Below are positions 58,605 through 64,000 of a stretch of DNA of 64,000 nt, piece after piece. Origin of the DNA: an uncultured Syntrophaceae bacterium (GTDB lineage Bacteria; Desulfobacterota; SM23-61); the NCBI GenBank assembly GCA_964484485.1, contig CAZAGD010000065.1, positions 7,490-71,489 on the forward strand. The letters run 5' to 3'. How positions within the stretch are numbered: the first letter of the stretch is position 1; each line of letters opens with the position of its first letter. A program made the position numbers and the translations under genes. Under the pieces are notes generated by a model. It was not told where the DNA came from. It worked only from the letters and a program-made list of their open reading frames with translations, and made no database searches.

Positions 58605-59468
58605 TCAATCTGGGGTTTTTTCTGATTCTTTCTTTCGCCGGCGATAAAAATGATAACCATAGCTCCCTGCGGCCACAATCACTGCCATTACAATACCAAT
58701 CCCGTAAAAAAAACGCATGATATAGAAAACTGGTTGGCTCTGCCAAGAAACTTTAAAATGGATAGGACCTAAGAGCGCAGGTGTAGCGTATGATTTGTCA
58801 TGGCACTTTACGCATGTACTCTTCCCTACTTCTTTTTGGGGATGGCCGGTATTCTCGGGATGACAGTTAGCACATATCTGGGTATCGTAACGATAATTCA
58901 AGTTGACCTTAGGATGCCCTTTTAAGCGGTAGGAGGCTAAAGTGGCCAGAAGACCTGGTACAGGTTTGGCTTCCTCATGACATTTGGCGCAGGCCTGGGG
59001 AAGATTTTGGGCGGATACAGAAGATGCCGGGTCGTTAATCTTGCGCATATAATGGGCTGTATGGCAATCGGCACATTGCGGAGCATTTTCCAGGCCACTG
59101 GCCCACATCATCCCATGGGTGGTTTTTTTATAAGCCTCCACCGCCTCTTGGTGGCATTGAGCACAATCAACTTTCGCAAATCCCTCGGCCGGATGAGCAT
59201 CCGGACGGGCTTCCTGATGACAATCTGTACAACCCATTCCCCCTGCCCCATGCACTGAGGCTCGGAAGGATTCGGCATTTACGTATAAAGAAAGGAGAGA
59301 ACCATCTTTCTTTCCCTTACTGAGCCGCGGATTTTGGTGGCATTTTAGACAAGCAGCGTCATCTGCTCCTTGAACCGGCCCTCCCCAGATGAAGAGCAAA
59401 ACTCCCCAGATCAGCAAAATTAAATATTTTTCGAAGCCTTTTCTTTCCTGACCTTTTCTCATTTTCAT
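58605..59468 (-). CDS. membrane-anchored heptaheme cytochrome c
   Basis: Seven CxxCH motifs (CLKCH, CTDCH, CAQCH, CADCH, CAKCH, CANCH, CVKCH). N-terminal signal sequence and a single C-terminal TM helix (FYIMRFFYGIGIVMAVIVAAG). Confidence 0.75.
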   Translation of the reverse strand: MKMRKGQERKGFEKYLILLIWGVLLFIWGGPVQGADDAACLKCHQNPRLSKGKKDGSLLSLYVNAESFRASVHGAGGMGCTDCHQEARPDAHPAEGFAKVDCAQCHQEAVEAYKKTTHGMMWASGLENAPQCADCHTAHYMRKINDPASSVSAQNLPQACAKCHEEAKPVPGLLATLASYRLKGHPKVNLNYRYDTQICANCHPENTGHPQKEVGKSTCVKCHDKSYATPALLGPIHFKVSWQSQPVFYIMRFFYGIGIVMAVIVAAGSYGYHFYRRRKKESEKTPD

Positions 59469-59501
59469 TTCCTACCCTTATTTACACCCACACCCCGAAG
59501 G

Positions 59502-61460
59502 CTAATCCTTTTTCTCTTCTAAAGCTTGGACAACTAATTCGGTTATGTCATACGCAGCCATTTTCTCTTCCAATTCTTTTTCTTTTATGCCGTCGCCAAT
59601 CATCGTTAGGCAATAAGGGCAAGCCGTAGCTACCAGAGAAGCTCCCGTACGCAAAGCCTGGTCAGTACGCATCTGGTTGATGCGTGTTCCCAGTTTCTCC
59701 TCCATCCACATGCGCCCGCCACCAGCTCCGCAGCAAAAGCTGGTGAGACGATTCCGTTTCATTTCGACGAGCTGCAGTCCTGGAATAGACCTTAAAACTT
59801 GCCGAGGTTCTTCGTAAACTTCATTGGCGCGCCCTAAATAACAGGAGTCATGATAAGTCAAAACTTTTTCCACGGGCTTATTTAGGTTTAAACGGCCCTC
59901 CCGAAGAGCTTCCGCCAGAAATTGAGTGTAGTGCATTACTTCATAGTGGCCACCGAATTGCGGATATTCATTTTTTAAAGTATTGAAGCAATGGGGACAC
60001 ATGGTCAATATTCTTTTAACTTCATAGCCGTTCAATACTTCGATATTGGCTTGGACCAACGTTTGGTACAGATATTCGTTGCCAAGGCGTCGCGCCGAGT
60101 CGCCACAGCAACCTTCTTCTGTACCCAATATAGAAAATTTTACACCCATGGCTTTTAAAATCTTAACCAAAGCAGTGGCCACTTTTTTATTCCGGTCATC
60201 AAAACTCCCCGCACACCCTACCCAGAATAAAAGTTCAACTTCTTTATCTTCAGCCATGGTCGTTAAATCCAGTCCTTTGGCCCATTCCGCTCTTAAACCC
60301 AGGCCAACTCCCCAAGGATTGCTATTATTTTCCATATTGCGGAAAACGAGCTGTACTTCGGAGGGGAAGCGGCTTTCCATGAGCACGAGATAGCGGCGCA
60401 TTTCTAAAAATTTATCCACACAGGGAATGAAAACCGGACAGACCATAGCACAAGCTAAACAATTAGTACAAGACCAGATCACCTCTTCGGCAAGGACATC
60501 GCCGATGAGTTTTTTCTCTTCCGCAGCAGTTCCCTGGCCAAGTTTCTTAATCCGCCCTTTCTCTTCCATATAGGCCCTTAAAGCATCCCAATTTTTTTTG
60601 GGCGCTAATGGTTTGCCACTAACGGCCGCTGGACAATGATCTAAACACCTACCGCATCTCGTGCAGGCATCCATATCAAAAAGTTGTTTCCACGTTAATT
60701 CTTCGATCCGCGAGACTCCGAAGGTTTCCGCTGTCTCGAAATCAAGGATGGGCGGCATAGCGCCTTTGGGTTTTAAGGAACGCATGTAGATATTAGCCGG
60801 CCCGGTAATTATATGGAGCATACGAGAGTAAGGGATGAAGGCCACGAAACCCAATACTAAAAAGAGATGCAGCCGCCAAAAAAGACGATGCCAGAAAATT
60901 TGGGCATTATCGGTTAGACCCCGGAATAAATAAGAAAGACTTAAACCGATGGGGGACCAATTCGCCCAATCGGGTTCACTGCGGGCTATACGCAGACCCT
61001 CCACACAGAAGCCTAATCCGAAGATGCCCAAAAGTAAGAGGAGGGCAACTAAGTTTCCTAAGCTACTATCATAGGTGAGGTTTTCAGGCTTTTGCCCATA
61101 GCGCCGATAAAGGGCCAGCAAAGTTCCTATCAACCCTAAGCAACCAATTAAATCAAAAAACAAGGACAAGGGATAGGCTAGGGCCGTAGGTAAAGTGAAA
61201 TTAAGTTGGGTTATAACAATCACGATGAAAGGAATAATAAAGGCATAAAAAATGAAGAGGTGCATTAACCCGGGATAAATTTCCCGCAAAATTCTTTTCT
61301 GCCCGAATACATAAGCCCAGATCAGTTTGAGGCGCTCTTTAGGTTGATCCGTCCTTTTTTCCGGTTTACCTATTTTCCAAAGCTTATAGCGGCGGTAAAA
61401 TCCATAAATGAATACAACCGCCGTAATGAAGATCAGCAATAAATCAAAGGAACCAGCCAT
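59502..61460 (-). CDS. membrane-bound FeS oxidoreductase (NarI-like cytochrome b domain fused to HdrD/DsrK/GlpC-like 2x[4Fe-4S] + 2xCCG domains; Etf:quinone oxidoreductase-like)
   Basis: 652 aa. Five N-terminal TM helices with conserved His. CTRCGRCLDHCP and CTNCLACAMVCP ferredoxin motifs. CCGDSARR and CCGAGGG are CCG-domain signatures. Confidence 0.75.
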   Translation of the reverse strand: MAGSFDLLLIFITAVVFIYGFYRRYKLWKIGKPEKRTDQPKERLKLIWAYVFGQKRILREIYPGLMHLFIFYAFIIPFIVIVITQLNFTLPTALAYPLSLFFDLIGCLGLIGTLLALYRRYGQKPENLTYDSSLGNLVALLLLLGIFGLGFCVEGLRIARSEPDWANWSPIGLSLSYLFRGLTDNAQIFWHRLFWRLHLFLVLGFVAFIPYSRMLHIITGPANIYMRSLKPKGAMPPILDFETAETFGVSRIEELTWKQLFDMDACTRCGRCLDHCPAAVSGKPLAPKKNWDALRAYMEEKGRIKKLGQGTAAEEKKLIGDVLAEEVIWSCTNCLACAMVCPVFIPCVDKFLEMRRYLVLMESRFPSEVQLVFRNMENNSNPWGVGLGLRAEWAKGLDLTTMAEDKEVELLFWVGCAGSFDDRNKKVATALVKILKAMGVKFSILGTEEGCCGDSARRLGNEYLYQTLVQANIEVLNGYEVKRILTMCPHCFNTLKNEYPQFGGHYEVMHYTQFLAEALREGRLNLNKPVEKVLTYHDSCYLGRANEVYEEPRQVLRSIPGLQLVEMKRNRLTSFCCGAGGGRMWMEEKLGTRINQMRTDQALRTGASLVATACPYCLTMIGDGIKEKELEEKMAAYDITELVVQALEEKKD

Positions 61461-61606
61461 TTTCTCCCTCGATGACCAAAGGCGCTATAGTTTTATCTCA
61501 CCGGTAACTTAACCCACTTGGCTATCTGAGTGGCCTTTAAATGGCTATTAATTCGCCAGCGCCAAAAGAAAATGGCTCTCTATTTGGGAGAGCCATTTTT
61601 CTGTGG

Positions 61607-62599
61607 TTAGCTCTCGGAGAGGAGCTTTTTAAATTCTTCAGTTAAAAGGGGCACAACTTTGAATAGATCTTCTACAATTCCGTAATCGGCTTTTTGAAAG
61701 ATAGGAGCATCTGGATCTTTGTTGATGGCCACAATTACCTTAGAAGATCCCATGCCAGCGAGATGCTGAATTGCGCCAGAAATCCCGCAGGCAATGTAAA
61801 GATTAGGAGTGACTACTTTCCCGGTCTGCCCCACTTGATCGGCGTGATCGCGCCATCCAGAATCTACGGCCGCCCGCGAAGCCCCCACGGTAGCATGGAG
61901 AACGTCGGCCAATTCTTCTAAGATCTTGAAATTCTCCGCTCCTTTCATCCCTCGGCCTCCGGAGACGATGATCTCAGCCTCGGTCAAATCAACTTTTGCT
62001 CCGGCAGTTTTAACTACTTCCACAATGGCGGTGCGCAGACTGGAGGAGTCTACTTTGGCTTCTACTTTAATTACCTCCCCTTTTTTACCAGATTCTGGGG
62101 GCACCATAGGTAGAACGTTGGGACGCACCGAAGCCATTTGCGGGCGGGAATTAGGACAAACCACTTCGATGAAAGCTTTGCCAGCATAAACGGGCCTTTT
62201 GGCTAATAATAAGCCTTCTTCATTGAGGCTTAAACCTGTACAGTCTGTGGCCAGCCCAGTCTGCAGGCGCGTCGCTAATCGAGGAGAAAGGTCTTTACCC
62301 AAAACTGTAGCTCCACAGAGGAAAATTGAAGGCTGATGTTCTTTGAGCAGGTTGGTTATAATGGTGGCATATGGATCCGTAGTGTATTGCGCTAAAATTG
62401 GATCGTCCACGAAATATACTTTATCGGCGTATTCTGCCAAACGCCCGGTCAGTCCTTCTATACCTGATCCAAGGAGAACAGCCACTAGTTCTTCGCCAAG
62501 TTTTTCAGCCATCTTCTTCCCTTGACTTAGAAGCTCAAAAGTAACTTTGCGAATATTTCCTTCCTTAACTTCGGCAAATACCCAGATTCCTTTGCCCAT
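61607..62599 (-). CDS. etfA: electron transfer flavoprotein alpha subunit (second copy)
   Basis: 330 aa. IACGISGAIQHLAGMGSSKVIVAINKDPDAPIFQKADYGIVEDLF. Confidence 0.85.
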   Translation of the reverse strand: MGKGIWVFAEVKEGNIRKVTFELLSQGKKMAEKLGEELVAVLLGSGIEGLTGRLAEYADKVYFVDDPILAQYTTDPYATIITNLLKEHQPSIFLCGATVLGKDLSPRLATRLQTGLATDCTGLSLNEEGLLLAKRPVYAGKAFIEVVCPNSRPQMASVRPNVLPMVPPESGKKGEVIKVEAKVDSSSLRTAIVEVVKTAGAKVDLTEAEIIVSGGRGMKGAENFKILEELADVLHATVGASRAAVDSGWRDHADQVGQTGKVVTPNLYIACGISGAIQHLAGMGSSKVIVAINKDPDAPIFQKADYGIVEDLFKVVPLLTEEFKKLLSES

Positions 62600-62671
62600 A
62601 AATTGTCTCCTTCTTTAGCTATATAAATTGCTAATTTTTTTCTCTGGTTGATATCTTTTCTCTGTCCAGCA

Positions 62672-63463
62672 TCAAACAACTTTGGCCTCTTCGCGCAAAA
62701 ACTTGACTAAATTTTTAACACAATCTATCAGTTCCCCTGCAATAATCTTCCCCGGGGGTCGGGAAGGTGGGGGAATGTACCTTAAAATTTTTGTCTTTGA
62801 CCCGGCCGCGCCTACCTCTTCCGCACCCAAACCAAGGGCAGCTAAATTAATCGGTTTGACTTCTTTTTTCTTTGCTTTCATGATCCCCGGGAGAGAGGCA
62901 TATCTCGGCTCGTTCAAACCCTTCTGACAGGTAAAGACCGCGGGAAGTTTTACTTCCACTACTTCTTTCCCCCCTTCTACTTCTCTTTCTACTCGTGCTT
63001 TCTTTTGCTCAGCATTGATTTCTAATTTAGTGATGAGGGTTACATGGGGTAAATCCAAGAATTCGGCTAAAGAGGGTCCTACCTGAGCCAAGTCATCGTC
63101 GACAGCTTGCTTTCCGCAAAGAATTAGGTCGAATGGTTCTTTTTTGATTACTTCAGCCAGTGCTTTGGCTGTGGCAAAGCCGTCTGCTCCTTCAAAGGCT
63201 GGGTCATTTAAATGTATGGAACGATCAGCTCCCATAGCTAACCCGGTGCGCAAAGCTTCTACTGCTCTCGCCGGCCCCATCGTAATTAGAACTGCTTGAC
63301 CACCGAATTTTTCTTTAATACGTAGGGCTTCTTCCACGGCGAATTCGCAATAAGGGTTCATTACGTACTTAATATCATCGGTCACGATGCCCGAACCATC
63401 CGGCTTGATTTTAATCAAAGTTTCTGTATCCGGCACTTGTTTAAGACAAACAATAACGTTCAC
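62672..63463 (-). CDS. etfB: electron transfer flavoprotein beta subunit (second copy)
   Basis: 263 aa. Starts MNVIVCLKQVPDTE. Confidence 0.85.
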   Translation of the reverse strand: MNVIVCLKQVPDTETLIKIKPDGSGIVTDDIKYVMNPYCEFAVEEALRIKEKFGGQAVLITMGPARAVEALRTGLAMGADRSIHLNDPAFEGADGFATAKALAEVIKKEPFDLILCGKQAVDDDLAQVGPSLAEFLDLPHVTLITKLEINAEQKKARVEREVEGGKEVVEVKLPAVFTCQKGLNEPRYASLPGIMKAKKKEVKPINLAALGLGAEEVGAAGSKTKILRYIPPPSRPPGKIIAGELIDCVKNLVKFLREEAKVV

Positions 63464-63522
63464 TGCCTACCTCCTTTCCGCATTTTAATTATTAATTTCC
63501 TGGCCTAAGCTCATCATATTTT

Positions 63523-64000
63523 TCAAACTGGCCAGAGATTATTCTGGCGCGCTTCTTCAGTCATCATTCCTCTGATGAAAACATCACTTATCTGCCACAC
63601 TGCGTCATTTATGCTGTGTTTCTTTTTCGTGGACAGAACCCAATAGCGAGCCATCTCATCTAAAGCCCCAAAGAAGGCTCTCTTCATTATTCCTGGAGTT
63701 AGATCCTTGCGGATTAACCCTTTTTCCTGACCTTCCACAACAATAGCACGGATGAGGTTTAAGTATTCGATAAAAGGTTTATTCACATACTCCTTCATAA
63801 ATTTGCTGCTCTGGCGCACTTCTACCCCCAAAACCTCAGCTAACTGCTGTTGCTTCTGTAAAATAGAAAGATGGACCTGGGCAAATTTTCTAATCTTCTG
63901 TAAAGGATTTTTCTCTTTTTCCAGCTCTTGGCGCATATTTTCCACTATTTGCCCGAATTCCTCCTCAAACAAGGAGATAAGGATATCGTCTTTATTCTTG
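63523..64000 (-). CDS. TetR-family-like transcriptional regulator (C-terminal ligand-binding part; 5' end beyond window)
   Basis: The ORF stays open to the window edge (..KNKDDILISLFEEEF..). The all-helical C-terminal domain is typical of TetR/AcrR regulators of fatty-acid degradation genes. The HTH would lie outside the window. Confidence 0.4.
   Translation of the reverse strand, partial: KNKDDILISLFEEEFGQIVENMRQELEKEKNPLQKIRKFAQVHLSILQKQQQLAEVLGVEVRQSSKFMKEYVNKPFIEYLNLIRAIVVEGQEKGLIRKDLTPGIMKRAFFGALDEMARYWVLSTKKKHSINDAVWQISDVFIRGMMTEEARQNNLWPV

Noticed and set aside
1-64000. tRNA, rRNA or tmRNA genes in intergenic regions
   Set aside because: Visual scan of all intergenic gaps longer than 100 bp found no T-arm consensus (GGTTCGAATCC-like) or cloverleaf candidates. 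The larger gaps are accounted for by MITEs. This is not a substitute for tRNAscan-SE or Infernal.

Overview
The window is a 64-kb chromosomal segment from an anaerobic bacterium with about 45% GC. Gene content resembles syntrophic, fatty-acid-oxidising Deltaproteobacteria/Desulfobacterota. Coding density is high. The clearest genes are a truncated ppx, sppA, rpsA and cmk, a gatCAB operon, two TRAP transporters (TAXI-type and DctPQM), a complete type II secretion locus (gspE to gspD), orphan pstB-phoU, a Liv-type ABC transporter with an acyl-CoA ligase, a murQ-anmK cell-wall recycling pair, an aromatic-amino-acid decarboxylase, and a beta-oxidation/electron-transfer island. That island holds an acyl-CoA dehydrogenase, two EtfAB pairs, a membrane HdrD/DsrK-like FeS oxidoreductase and a heptaheme cytochrome c. 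I found no rRNA, tRNA, CRISPR array, transposase or integrase. The non-coding space is the most unusual part. Almost every larger intergenic region holds a copy of one of three short repeat families with terminal inverted repeats, which I interpret as MITEs. Two families (A, about 200 bp; B, 234 bp) share a 12-bp TIR, TTAATCGGAGCA...TGCTCCCATTAA, flanked by TA. That fits non-autonomous IS630/Tc1-like elements. The third family (C) has ACCGTC-type TIRs and is flanked by clean 9-bp and 11-bp direct duplications. All three C copies sit 20-60 bp upstream of a gene start in the same orientation. All family assignments are read directly from the sequence. No database search was possible.
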